This document shows positions 35,191 through 45,558 of a stretch of DNA of 64,000 nt, piece by piece. Position numbers and translations under genes: made by a program. Source of the DNA: Candidatus Multivorans sp. GTDB lineage: Bacteria; Acidobacteriota; Thermoanaerobaculia; Multivoradales; Multivoraceae. The notes beneath the pieces are model-generated. The model worked only from the letters and a program-made list of their open reading frames with translations. It had not been told where the DNA came from and did no database searches. The stretch lies in the NCBI GenBank assembly GCA_965247095.1, contig OZ251997.1, positions 1,024,001 to 1,088,000 on the forward strand. Direction: 5' to 3'. Within the stretch, counting starts at the first letter, position 1. Every line of letters starts with the position of its first letter.

Positions 35191-38100
35191 TCACTCCACG
35201 TCGAAGTGGATCACTTCGGTGAAGTCGTGCTGCACGAAGTTGTGGGCCCGGTCGTAGAGCGTCATGTCCGAAACACCCCAGATCCCCGGCGGCGAGCCCG
35301 GCGGCAGGACATGCACCACCAAGTGCTCCTTCCACTCGTCGGGATCATCCTGTGGAAAAACTGAACCTCCCTCGTCATCAGAGGTGTAGACGAGGTGGGT
35401 GATGCCCTGTGGATCGAGAAACTTGATTGCTCCGAAGGTGTAGCCCGAGATGTTGTCGCGGATGCGAAGGCTCAACCTGACGATCGTCTCACCATACGGT
35501 TTATCGATGTTCGTGGGCTCCGCGTCGACCCTTAGCCTGTTCAAGTCGAGCTCAGGCGCCTCGGTGTCCGGGTTGGCAGTGTCGAGTCGGATGCGTTGAG
35601 GCGCTTCGTCCCGTGCCTCCTCGGTGAACCTGGCGGGAGTCCAATTGCCGGCCCGATCACTCATATGAATGAAGTTCAGGGAGTAGGTCGAAGACGGCAT
35701 GTAGTCCGGCATGATAAAGACCACTTCGCACAGCTTCTCGGCAGGTCGAAAGTCACCGTACGCATTCAGCCGATACGTGGTGGCAATCTCGTCGTTGATG
35801 GCGGCCCAGCATGCGTTGTTCTCCAGCATCGCGTTGCTTTCGTCCACCTGCCAACGCGCCTCGATCGACTGAACAACCCGGCCCTCTCGCACCTCCTGGC
35901 CCTTGCTCAACTGCGCCGATCCGGGAACATACTCAGGAGCCGTCCAGTCCTCGAGGGGGTTTTCCAAATACAGTTTCCAGCCGAAATCGTCACCCCTCTC
36001 GAATCGCTCATTGCCGACCCGGTCGGCAATGACGAGCTGCGTTGGAAGCCAGTATCCCGCCTTGCTGTACTTGCTCAGCGTCTCCGTGCCTACAAGGATG
36101 GTGCTCGCTTCGACCGGGTTGCCGTTCTCGTCTACAGAACCGAGATCCAGGTCAAAATACCTACCGATACTGCTGTTCACCCGCGTGCTTGCAGAGGCGG
36201 CGCCCTCGAGAACCCGGTCGAGGGCATGCAACTCGATTACAATGCGGAATTCCTTGTCCTCCTGAGGTCCGCCCGTCACGGTGATGTCCACCCGACGAAC
36301 CTTGCCGGGAAACACGTAGTCCGGAAACAAGTTATAGACCGGAAACGTCAAGTCCTCCCGGATCTGCGTGAGGTACAGATTCCCCTGCATGATCCGGTCC
36401 CGCACGAACTCGTACTTGGCAACGGATCGGGACCTCAGCTTGTCCGGCTCGATGATGAAGTACGAGATGGTCTCGGCCATGTCCTCGTTGGGGTTTTTCT
36501 GGTGCCCGTAGGCCGAAACGAACTCCGTCTGCTTGGTAGTGGACCAGCCCGAGGGGCTCTCCGGATCCTGATACCAGCCGCCAAGTTCTATCCAGTCGTC
36601 CAAGGTCGGTTGGTCGAAAACATGAGCCCAGAGGAAGTGCGCTTTCTCGTGGATCACCAGGCGTTGGACGTGGTCGACGTCACGCGAAAGGAAGGCTCTG
36701 TCCATGAACTCGATGTAGCCCGCGTCCGGCCAGGCGACGGCTGGGGCCGCCGGGTACAGGGGATGAGGCGTGCCGTCGAGGCGCGCCGGATGACGTGCCT
36801 GAGGCCCTGCGTCTTGTGCATGCCGCTTGGAAACTCCTCAAGCATGTTGAGCAAGGTGATGATCTCCTCGGCGTGGAAGCGCTGGAAACGGCCCGCACCT
36901 TCGTTGCCGGTCGGCCACGTCAGGCCTGCGTAGTCGGTTACCTCCGTCGTGACGCCGTACCGTTCCCGGAAGATCCTCTCGTAGGCGACTCGGTCACGGC
37001 CGTTGTCCGTCAAGTAGCGCACGACAGCGTGGTGCAGTCGTTGCGAGAACCAGGTTCCCCGCTTGCCGTCCACGGTCACCACGCGTGGATTGGCATTGAC
37101 GAAGGCGGCTTCGGAGATGAAGACGGTGGGGGAACCCCGGTGCGTCCCGATCTGGATGTCGCCGTGAATGAAGCTGGGCGTCAGAAGCCACTGAGAAGGG
37201 ACCAGAGACTGTTTGCCGTATGGGTTCCTTAGGTCCTGCGGGATGGAACGCATGGTCGTCAGCAGCCGCCAAGCGTGTTCCTGCGACCAGGAAGCGTCGT
37301 CGGAATCCACAAGCAGGAGGTTGTAGTCATACGCCAGGATGTTCGCGGACGAGTTGTCGGCCACCCGGACCGTCTCACCCTCGAACTCGACCTCGAGCGG
37401 TCTGTTCACGGCCGCCGAGTACTCGGTGCCGGCGGTGCTCTGATCCTCTTCCCAGTGGAAGACGAACGGGTCCGAAGGAATCGGCGTCAGGTCGAACGGT
37501 TCGACGAGGCCCGTATGCGGAAGCTCGATCAGCCGTGCGGGCGTGGCGCGATAGCCCTCGGCGCGCGCTTTGACGGCGTACTTGCCGGCGGCGAGGTCGT
37601 GGAATCCGAACCAGCCGGAGGCGTTCGGGTTCGTGACCTGGAGAACGCCCTTGGCGGTAAGCAGTACTTCGACATCCTCGTAGGCGCCGAGATAGCCGAT
37701 GACCTGGCCCTCGAACGAGTGTTCTCCTTTGACAGGGTCATCGTCGGCACAAGCGAACGCCTCGAGGTCGCTCGTCGCCGCGGCGGTCTGGTTGAAGCGG
37801 TTCGTGTGCGTCCAGGGGACGTCGCCGCCGGGGGACTCGATCGAGAGGTTGAACGCGAGGGTCGTCACCGGCCCGACGAACACCCAACGGTGGCCGTTCA
37901 CGGCACACCCGTCGAGCACCTTGATCAGCACCTCCGCATTGTCGCGATGGAAGAAGTACAGGATGGCGGATTGCTCGGAGTTCAGACCGTAGTCCCGCAC
38001 CTCCTCAAGCACCGATTCGCCCTCTCTGACGTGTTCGACCCACATGTTGACCGTGAAGCCCGGTCGCCGTATCGTCGACGCGCAAGTTAAACGCCAGCGT

Positions 38101-38499
38101 CGTCACCGGCGCCACGAACACCCACCGGTGGTTGTTTACCGCACAGGCGTCGAGCACCTTGATCAGCACCTCGGCGTTGTCGGCATCAAAGAAGTAGAGA
38201 AGGCCCGACTCCCGCGACCCGAGCCCGAAATCGAACGCGTCCGCCTGCACCAACTCGCCGTCTCTTTCGTACTCGATGCACATGCTCACCGTGTACCCGT
38301 GTTCAAACGTGATCTGCGGCGCCGACGGCCTGCAGTCGGTGTACTCCCCTCCGGTCGCATCCGTCGAGGTGGCGTACGTCGTTGGTTTCGCGGCCGACAG
38401 CAACGTGCCGCCGGTCTCATTGCCCAAGGTCAGACCCTGAACGGCGCCTGCGCCCGTCAACGCCAGCACCCACACCGCGACAAGCTTCGTCTTCCGCAT
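35191..38499 (-). pseudogene. Large secreted zinc-metalloprotease-like protein split into three ORFs by two frameshifts
   Basis: Signal peptide from ATG 38499, two YFF..DNAEVLIKVLD.CAVN..RWVF repeats and HEKAH...NEDMAE. The frame breaks at ~38060 (deletion between repeats) and at 36781-36786 (extra GC in a GC run). Confidence 0.75.
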
Positions 38500-38791
38500 A
38501 GTGCAGCTCCTCCCTACTTTGAACCCTAGGCCAAGCAATGCCAACGGCTCTACCGGGCACCCTACCGGCACGACCCACCGAGCAACCAGCTAAGTTGCGT
38601 TGGACACAGAGCGGTACGCCCTTCTCCTTCCGGGCGCCCTCAACTCAAGGGGGATGATGACAAACAAACTATACGCAGAGCGGCACGCGCGTCACCTACA
38701 AAACTGAGGGGTTCTGACGACAGGACGGTGCCCTGCCGGGCTCTTCGGAAAGAGGGGCGCGTTGTACCCGCCTTCTACCGGAACGCGAGGC

Positions 38792-41272
38792 TCAGCGCCG
38801 CAGGTGCCTTTCGAACAGCTTGAGGACGCGGCGATACTCGTCGAGCCAGCTCGCCGGTTCGACGAAGCCGTGGGCCTCTGCCGGGTAGACGGCGAGTTCC
38901 CAGTCTTCCTTGCCGAGCTCGATGAGGCGCTGGACCAGACGGACGGAGTCCTGGAAGAGGACGTTGTCGTCGAGCATGCCGGTGCAGATCAGGAGCGGCT
39001 TCCGGAGGCCCTCGGCGAACTCGATCGGCGAGCTGCGCTCGTAGGCCTCCGGGTCGAGTTCCGGCGTGTTCAGGATGTTCGACGTGTAGCCGTGGTTGTA
39101 GTGGGCCCAGTCGGTGACCGGACGCAGCGCGGCGCCGGCGGCGAACAGTTCGGGGCGGCGGAACATGGCCATGAAGGTCACGAAGCCGCCGTAGGAGCCG
39201 CCGTAGACGCCGATCCGCTGCCGGTCGACACCGTGCTCGGCGACCAGGTAGTCGATGCCGTCGGCCAGGTCCTTGAGTTCCGGCGTACCCATCTGGCGAT
39301 AGATCGCGGTGCGCCAGTCGCGCCCGTAGCCGGCGGAGGCGCGGTAGTCCATGTCCAGGACCACGTAGCCGCGGCGGGTGAGCAGGGTGTGGAACATGAA
39401 CTCGCGGAAGTACGAGGACCAGCCCTGGTGGGCGTTCTGCAGGTAGCCCGCGCCGTGCACGAAAACGACGGCGGGCCGGACGCCGGGCGCGGGTTCGGAT
39501 GGCTCGTAGAGCCGGGCGTGAATCGGGCGATCCACGTGAGTTGACGGAACTTCGACGAACCGCGGCGCCTCCCAGTCGATGCCCAGGAACTCCGGCGACA
39601 CGGTGTCGGTCAGGCGGACCGGGTCGCTGCCTGGAGCGGCGTCCTGGCGCCACAGTTCCGGCGGCCGGGTGGCGGTCGAATGGACGATCAGGAGCTGGTT
39701 GTCGTCGGGCGAGAGCCGGAAGGAGTTCAGGCCGCCGAGGTTCGTGATCTGCTCGATCTCGCCGACGCCGGGCCTGGACGTGTCCGTGCGGTAGACCTCG
39801 AAGACGCCGGGGTGGCCGCGGTTCGCCTCGAAGTAGAGAAACTCTCCATCCGCGGACACCTGGGGCGAGCGGACGACGAACGGACCCCCGGTCACCTGCT
39901 CGCGCTCGCCCGTCGCGCTGTTCATGAGGGTCAGGTGGGAGTAGCCGGTCTCCTCCGACAGGAAGAAGACCGTCCGATCGTCCGGCATCCAGCCGAGGTC
40001 GCGGAAGGCGTAGTTGATCCAGGCCGGATCGGAGATCCGGTGCAGCGGGCGGAGTGCGCCCTGCTCCAGGTCGATCGCCGCGATCCAGCGATCCTTGTTG
40101 TCGGTGGAGTAGATCTGGGCGACGGCCCGGCTGCCGTCGCGGTTGAACGACACGGGTCCGAAGCGGACCGTGCGCGGTTTCGGCTCGGCCTCGTCTCCGC
40201 TTTCGCCCTTGTCGTCGCTTTCAGCGTCGCTCGCTGGGTCGCCGGCCTCGTCCTGCTTTGCCGGGGCCTCGCGCTGGCGCTTCCGCTCCTGAGCCGCCTC
40301 GCGCAGCGCCGCCAGCGGATCGTCCGCGATGCCCGGGAGGACCGAGACGTCCAGAGTGATCGGCTCGGGGTCGCCCCGACGAAGCAGCACCAGGAATTCA
40401 GCGGTCGGCTCGGCGGCGCCGACCTTCATGCGGACCTCTTCGAGCTCGACCAGACCGCTGCGGGTCACGTAGTTCGGCATCTTGTCCTTGAGCCCCTCGT
40501 CCCGCTCGCTGGGTCGCTGCCGCAGGACCAAGTGGTCCAGCGCCGGGGAGAGGTAACTGCCCGCGGCCTCGACGTCCTTGCCGAGATAGTGAGGCAGGGC
40601 CGTGCGGCTGGAGTCGGCGGCCTGGCGTTCCCTGGACACTTCGGTTCGCCGTTCGCCGCGCTCGCGCCGCAGCCGGACGATATCGAGCAGGCGCGGCTGC
40701 TGGCGCTCCAGATAGCCGGCCTCCAGGTCCTTCTTCGCGCGGGCGGCTTCGGGATCCTCTTCCGCGCGAACGTCGAACGGCTGCCACACCAGGCCCGTGT
40801 CCCGATCGCGCACGAGCCAGGCGCCGCCACGACGAAACGCAACATCTCCGGTGACGGTGAAGAAGGGGGCGCTCTCGTTCGCTGCCGTACGGGTGAGCTG
40901 GGTCAGGCCGCCGTCCGCGCCGAGATCGCGCACGAAGATGTCGCCCGCCTTGGCGAAGGCGCGGCGCCGTCTCGCGCGGTCCCAGTTGCCGCCGGGAGCC
41001 TCCGCAGCGCCACGGTCGCCGTCGGCGACGAGGCTCGTCTGCCGGTTCTCGAGATCGACCCGGTAGAGATCGCGGGCCTCTTCACCCTCCCGCTTGCGCA
41101 GGAAGTACGCGCTGCCGCTGTCAGTGCTCCAGTACGGACCCTCCGGCTGGCGTCCGAGCCAGTCCGGATGGGCCATGATCCGCGTAAGATCGAGATCGTC
41201 CTGGGCCCCGGCGGGAAGGACGGGTAGCAGCAGGCCCGCGGACAGGACAGCCGCAAGCGGCCGAATGCACAA
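38792..41272 (-). CDS. S9 family (prolyl oligopeptidase / DPP-IV-like) serine peptidase
   Basis: GGSYGG nucleophile, DDNV Asp, EAHGF His, N-terminal propeller and signal peptide. Confidence 0.93.
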   Translation of the reverse strand: MCIRPLAAVLSAGLLLPVLPAGAQDDLDLTRIMAHPDWLGRQPEGPYWSTDSGSAYFLRKREGEEARDLYRVDLENRQTSLVADGDRGAAEAPGGNWDRARRRRAFAKAGDIFVRDLGADGGLTQLTRTAANESAPFFTVTGDVAFRRGGAWLVRDRDTGLVWQPFDVRAEEDPEAARAKKDLEAGYLERQQPRLLDIVRLRRERGERRTEVSRERQAADSSRTALPHYLGKDVEAAGSYLSPALDHLVLRQRPSERDEGLKDKMPNYVTRSGLVELEEVRMKVGAAEPTAEFLVLLRRGDPEPITLDVSVLPGIADDPLAALREAAQERKRQREAPAKQDEAGDPASDAESDDKGESGDEAEPKPRTVRFGPVSFNRDGSRAVAQIYSTDNKDRWIAAIDLEQGALRPLHRISDPAWINYAFRDLGWMPDDRTVFFLSEETGYSHLTLMNSATGEREQVTGGPFVVRSPQVSADGEFLYFEANRGHPGVFEVYRTDTSRPGVGEIEQITNLGGLNSFRLSPDDNQLLIVHSTATRPPELWRQDAAPGSDPVRLTDTVSPEFLGIDWEAPRFVEVPSTHVDRPIHARLYEPSEPAPGVRPAVVFVHGAGYLQNAHQGWSSYFREFMFHTLLTRRGYVVLDMDYRASAGYGRDWRTAIYRQMGTPELKDLADGIDYLVAEHGVDRQRIGVYGGSYGGFVTFMAMFRRPELFAAGAALRPVTDWAHYNHGYTSNILNTPELDPEAYERSSPIEFAEGLRKPLLICTGMLDDNVLFQDSVRLVQRLIELGKEDWELAVYPAEAHGFVEPASWLDEYRRVLKLFERHLRR

Positions 41273-41275
41273 CGG

Positions 41276-42343
41276 CTACAGCGACTTGAAGTAGTCGACC
41301 ATGGCGTGGGCGGTAGCCGCCTCGGGATGGTCGGGCGCCACGCTCAGGAACTTCTCGAAGGTCTCCAGTGCTTTGTCGTTCTCCGAGAGGGCGGCGTAGC
41401 ACAGGCCGAGCATGTTGAGCGCTTCGGGTTGATTCGGGTTCGACGCGACCACCTCCTCCAGCCTTACCCTGGCTTCCGCGATGTTACCGGCGTTGTAGAG
41501 GTCCGCGGCCTCGTTGTAGACGTTCTTCGCCGCCTTCTCCGGGTCCGCGGCCTGGAGCGCGGCGAGCGCTGCTTGGGCCTTGTCCTCCATGCCGAGAGCG
41601 TCATAGCCGGCGTAGAGGATCTGGTTCATGTTCTCCAGATCCTCGCCTTCGGCTGCGACCTGCTCGGCGTACTCGACCGCCCTGACATGGTCGCCACGTT
41701 GCGAGAGGACTTTCGCCAGTCCACCCAGGGCAGACACCAGATCGGGCTTCTTTTCGAGTGCGTTCGTGAAGAAGAGCTCGGCGGTGTCGTAGTCGCCTGA
41801 GTTGAAGGCGTTGCTGCCCTGGTTGTAGAGCTTGATCGCACTGCCGCCCGCCTGCGCTTCGAGGTCGATTTCCGGTGCCGCTCCGAGATCGCCGCCCAGG
41901 GCCGCCTGGGCCTTCTGGGCCTCATCGATAGAGGTGAGGTTCCAGTCCCCGCCTCCCGAAAGCTGGCTGAGCCTCGTCTCCCGGCGGGCGGGAATCCGCA
42001 CGTTGCCGACGCGCCGGGTGACGTAGCCTTCCTTCTTCAGCTCGACGTTGAAGCCCGACCGTTCGTGCTTGACGACATTCTTGAGCATGATCCGGAAGCG
42101 TCCGTTCTTGCCGGACAGGTGCTCTGCGCGGAAGTTCGGCGATTCGGGATCCGTGAAGATGATCTGGACGCCCTCGATCGCTTCGTCGGTGCTGGCGTCG
42201 AAGATCTGTCCGTACACGGTGCCCGGCAGTTGTGCCGCTGCGGGCGCGGCTACAAACAGGGAAAGACCGGCCATGAGCGCCGCGAGCACGATGGCGCGCC
42301 GCACCCTCAGCCCCATGGTCCACGATTCGCGAATCGACTTCAT
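41276..42343 (-). CDS. Secreted TPR protein with N-terminal carboxypeptidase-regulatory-like domain
   Basis: Signal peptide, GTVYGQIFD...GVQI...GRFRI and several TPR helices (YNQG..AFNSGDY, EALNMLGLCY). Confidence 0.85.
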   Translation of the reverse strand: MKSIRESWTMGLRVRRAIVLAALMAGLSLFVAAPAAAQLPGTVYGQIFDASTDEAIEGVQIIFTDPESPNFRAEHLSGKNGRFRIMLKNVVKHERSGFNVELKKEGYVTRRVGNVRIPARRETRLSQLSGGGDWNLTSIDEAQKAQAALGGDLGAAPEIDLEAQAGGSAIKLYNQGSNAFNSGDYDTAELFFTNALEKKPDLVSALGGLAKVLSQRGDHVRAVEYAEQVAAEGEDLENMNQILYAGYDALGMEDKAQAALAALQAADPEKAAKNVYNEAADLYNAGNIAEARVRLEEVVASNPNQPEALNMLGLCYAALSENDKALETFEKFLSVAPDHPEAATAHAMVDYFKSL

Positions 42344-42367
42344 GGTTTCCTCCTTCGGCCGCTCAGA

Positions 42368-42395
42368 CTAGTAGCGGATCTCTAGTGGCGGATCT
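42368..42395. repeat. 14-bp tandem repeat in a divergent intergenic region
   Basis: CTAGTAGCGGATCT followed by CTAGTGGCGGATCT (13/14 identical). Confidence 0.6.
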
Positions 42396-42429
42396 CCAGC
42401 CGCCGGAAGCGTCTTAGAATAGCAGAGCC

Positions 42430-43839
42430 GTGGTTCGGGATCCTGGCTCAGGCTTCGAGCGAAATCCGGCCTGGCCGAGGGTGCTGGACATCTGCCGGGC
42501 CGCGGCGGCGGGAGGCGGCGCCATGCGCCTGGTCGGAGGCTGCGTTCGGGACGCGTTGCTCGGCCGCGAGTTTCGCGAGTTCGACCTCGAGGCGTTCCGA
42601 CTCACGCCCGAGGCCCTGCACCGGGTGCTGAAAGGTCTCGGCCTGCAGGTCGACCAGGTGGGGCGGGCGTTCTCCGTCGCCAAGCTGCGGGGCCTTCCGA
42701 TCGATATCGCCCTGCCCCGGCGGGAACGGAAGGTGGGGAAGCGTCACCGGGACTTCGTCGTCGATGCGGATCCGGAGATGAGCGTTGCGGCCGCGGCCGA
42801 GCGCCGGGACTTCACGATCAACGCGATCTCGTACGACCCCCTGGCCGGACGGATCGATGACCCGCTGAACGGAAGGGCGGACCTGGAACGGCGGCGGCTC
42901 CGTCATGCCTCGCAGCGCTTCGCGGAGGACCCGTTGCGGGTGCTGCGCGGCATGCAGTTCATCGCCCGCCTGGAACTGGAGCCGGATCCGGAGACGGAAG
43001 CTCTCTGCTCCGGGATCGACTGGACCGACCTGAGTGTCGAGCGGGTGTTCGAGGAGTGGCGCAAGATGCTCCTTGGGGGCGTCGAGATCGGGCGCGCACT
43101 CCGGTTCCTGCAAACGGTGGGGTGGCTGCGGGCGTATCCCGAACTGGAAGCTCTTGTCGGCTGCGAGCAGGACCCGGAGTGGCACCCTGAAGGCGACGTC
43201 TGGATCCACACCGGGCACGTCCTCGACGCCTTCGCCAGGGAGCGCCTCGATGACGAGGAAGAGAACCTGGTGGTGGGACTCGCCTGCCTCTGCCACGACC
43301 TCGGCAAGCCGGCGACCACGCGTTTCGTGGACGGTCGGGTGCGGTCCCGGGGACACGAGGCCGCGGGCGAGGGGCCCACGCGCACACTTCTCGCGCGGTT
43401 GACCAAACGAACTCACCTCGTCGACGATGTGGTGCCCTTGGTGGTCGATCACCTGAAACCGCGCCAGCTCTACCTGGGCGGCGCCGGCGACGCGGCCGTG
43501 CGCCGTCTCGCTCACCGGGTCAAGCGGATCGACCGCCTGGTGCGGGTGGCGCGCGCGGACGCGCTCGGGCGTCCCCCGCTGAAGCCGGTCGAGTGCTGCG
43601 ACTGCGACTGGCTGCTGGCGCGCGCCGAGGCGCTGCGGATCCGGGATCAGGCGCCCGAGCCGATGGTGGGGGGCCGCGACCTGATCGCCCGCGGCGTGGC
43701 GCCGGGCCCGGCGATCGGCGCCCTGGTCGAGCGCTGCTACCAGGCCCAGTTGAACGGCGACTTTCAGGCCAGGAGTGAGGGCCTGCGCTACCTCGACCGG
43801 CTGCTGCGGCGCAGACCCGGCGCCAGCGGGCCGAGATGA
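42430..43839 (+). CDS. cca: tRNA nucleotidyltransferase (CCA/poly(A) polymerase family) with HD domain
   Basis: VGGCVRD, RRDFTINA, EDPLRVLR, WHPEGDVWIHT and CHDLGK. Confidence 0.85.
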   Translation: MVRDPGSGFERNPAWPRVLDICRAAAAGGGAMRLVGGCVRDALLGREFREFDLEAFRLTPEALHRVLKGLGLQVDQVGRAFSVAKLRGLPIDIALPRRERKVGKRHRDFVVDADPEMSVAAAAERRDFTINAISYDPLAGRIDDPLNGRADLERRRLRHASQRFAEDPLRVLRGMQFIARLELEPDPETEALCSGIDWTDLSVERVFEEWRKMLLGGVEIGRALRFLQTVGWLRAYPELEALVGCEQDPEWHPEGDVWIHTGHVLDAFARERLDDEEENLVVGLACLCHDLGKPATTRFVDGRVRSRGHEAAGEGPTRTLLARLTKRTHLVDDVVPLVVDHLKPRQLYLGGAGDAAVRRLAHRVKRIDRLVRVARADALGRPPLKPVECCDCDWLLARAEALRIRDQAPEPMVGGRDLIARGVAPGPAIGALVERCYQAQLNGDFQARSEGLRYLDRLLRRRPGASGPR

Positions 43840-44480
43840 ACGAAACAAGGATTGGCGGCGAGTCGTCCCTGCACCCAGAGGACGATGGCTTGCCAGCACA
43901 CAAACCGGCCGTCCGGGGCTCGGCCAGTGGCCCGGTCGATGGCCCCGAGGACGGTCAACTCGTTCGCCGTGCCGCGGCCGGCGACCGGGATGCGTTCGAA
44001 ACCCTCGTCGTGCGCTACGAGACGCCCCTGCGCAAGCTGGTCTACGGCTATGTGCTCGACTGGGAGGTCGCCGAGGACGTGGCTCAGGATGCCTTCCTGC
44101 TGGCCTTCAGGAAGCTCGACCGGTTGGACGAGCCCGCGGCCTTCAAGAGCTGGCTCTACCGGATCGCAATCAACCGGGCTCACGACGAGCTGCGGCGCAA
44201 GTCCCGCTGGGGACGCCGGCTGGACCGCAACGTGGATGACGAGGCGCTTGCCGAACTGCCGGCGGCCGGCGCCGAGTCCGCGGTGGAGTCGCGGCTCCTG
44301 CGCCGTGCTCTGGTGCGGGCGCTGGCCGAACTGCCGAAAAGCCAGCGCACGGCGGTGGTGCTGAAGGACCTGGTGGGGATGAAGTACGTCGAGATTGCGG
44401 AGCTCCTGGACTGTCCGATCGGGACAGCGCAGATCCGGGTGCATCGGGGCCGCCGCCAGTTGCGGCGTCGGCTCGGCTAG
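43836..44480 (+). CDS. ECF (RpoE-like) sigma-70 factor
   Basis: AEDVAQDAF, FKSWLYRIAIN and region 4 YVEIAELLDCPIGT. Confidence 0.92.
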   Translation: MNETRIGGESSLHPEDDGLPAHKPAVRGSASGPVDGPEDGQLVRRAAAGDRDAFETLVVRYETPLRKLVYGYVLDWEVAEDVAQDAFLLAFRKLDRLDEPAAFKSWLYRIAINRAHDELRRKSRWGRRLDRNVDDEALAELPAAGAESAVESRLLRRALVRALAELPKSQRTAVVLKDLVGMKYVEIAELLDCPIGTAQIRVHRGRRQLRRRLG

Positions 44481-44483
44481 GAG

Positions 44484-44540
44484 TCGAGTCGCGGCGTCCG
44501 CGCCGCGCTGACGCACAGGAAACATGGCTTGTTCCATGCA
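44484..44540. mobile_element. Second copy of mini-element B, inverted, just after the sigma-factor stop codon
   Basis: Flanked by AG (44482-83, 44541-42), which is CT on the minus strand. 53/57 identity to 35069-35125. Confidence 0.6.
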
Positions 44541-44560
44541 AGGATTGGAAAGGAGAAACG

Positions 44561-44983
44561 ATGCAGGTCGAAGACAGAACCGGACGGTTTGAAGCCGCAG
44601 GGAAGCGGCTGGCAGGGGCGCTCGAGGCGCTGCGCGAGGAGTGTTGCGTGCCGCCGGAGGCGCCGGGATTCCTGGCCGGGTTCCGCGCCCGGCGCGACGC
44701 CTGGCGCGAGCGCGGGGCGCAGGCCGCTGCGTGGCGGATTCTGGCGTTGCGCTTGGCGCCTGTCGGGGGGCTCGCGGCTATCGCGGCGATGGTGCTGACT
44801 GTGGGTCTGGACTCCTCACCAACCGCTCCAGAGACGGCTGCGAGCGATCCGACGGTCTTTGACTACGAGGATCCTCTTGCTGCGGGCCTTGAAGAAGCAG
44901 GCGTTGCCACGGTGGCGATGAGCGGCGACGAGCCCGGCTACGAGCTCCTGGCCGTGCTGTACGAGCCCCTGGGGACGCGGTGA
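44561..44983 (+). CDS. Single-TM protein, putative anti-sigma factor
   Basis: AGGAG RBS, one TM helix and a position directly after the ECF sigma gene. Confidence 0.55.
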   Translation: MQVEDRTGRFEAAGKRLAGALEALREECCVPPEAPGFLAGFRARRDAWRERGAQAAAWRILALRLAPVGGLAAIAAMVLTVGLDSSPTAPETAASDPTVFDYEDPLAAGLEEAGVATVAMSGDEPGYELLAVLYEPLGTR

Positions 44984-45558
44984 TGAGCAACGGACGCATG
45001 CGAATCTGGATGTGGCTCGCTCTGGGATCCGTCCTGTTGCTGGGCTTGAGCGCCGGTCTTCTCGCCGATCGGCTGCTGGGCGAGCGCGGCGGCAAAAGGA
45101 CCGGGGCGCCGGCCCACCCTCAGGCGCACGCCCCCCGCCCGCCGATGTTCCATTTCGATTGCCGGGCCTGGGAGGAGAGCGAAGGGGCGGCGGCCGCGGA
45201 TGCAGGAGGGGATGGGCAAACCGAAACTGCGCCAACGGACCGACTCCGCGAACATAGCTCCAGAGCGACGAACCGGTTCGCTCGGCGCCTGGAACTGGAT
45301 CCGGAGCAGATCGAGGCGTTGGCGCCCATCGTCGCCGACGCCATGAACCGGAGCCGGGTCTACTGGATCGGGGCCCGGGATGAGTTCTGCGCGATGCAAG
45401 GGGACTTTCACCAGGGGATGAGCGAGTTGCTGCGGCCGGAGCAGGCCGAACGCTTCGACGAGTGGAGAAGCGAACTGGCCGAGCGGAGCCGGCGCCATAC
45501 AAACGGTCATCGCGGCGAACATCCGGGCAATGGGCCGGAGACCGGAGGTTGCCGCTAA
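44980..45558 (+). CDS. Membrane-anchored periplasmic helical protein (Spy/CpxP-like)
   Basis: N-terminal TM. LELDPEQ and LLRPEQAERF are LTxEQ-like motifs. Confidence 0.6.
   Translation: MMSNGRMRIWMWLALGSVLLLGLSAGLLADRLLGERGGKRTGAPAHPQAHAPRPPMFHFDCRAWEESEGAAAADAGGDGQTETAPTDRLREHSSRATNRFARRLELDPEQIEALAPIVADAMNRSRVYWIGARDEFCAMQGDFHQGMSELLRPEQAERFDEWRSELAERSRRHTNGHRGEHPGNGPETGGCR

Noticed and set aside
38500-38790. Possible riboswitch/ncRNA; CAGAGCGGYACGC repeated at 38607 and 38676
   Set aside because: I could not match any RNA family consensus by eye, and two 13-mers in GC-rich DNA are weak evidence. An Rfam scan would be needed.
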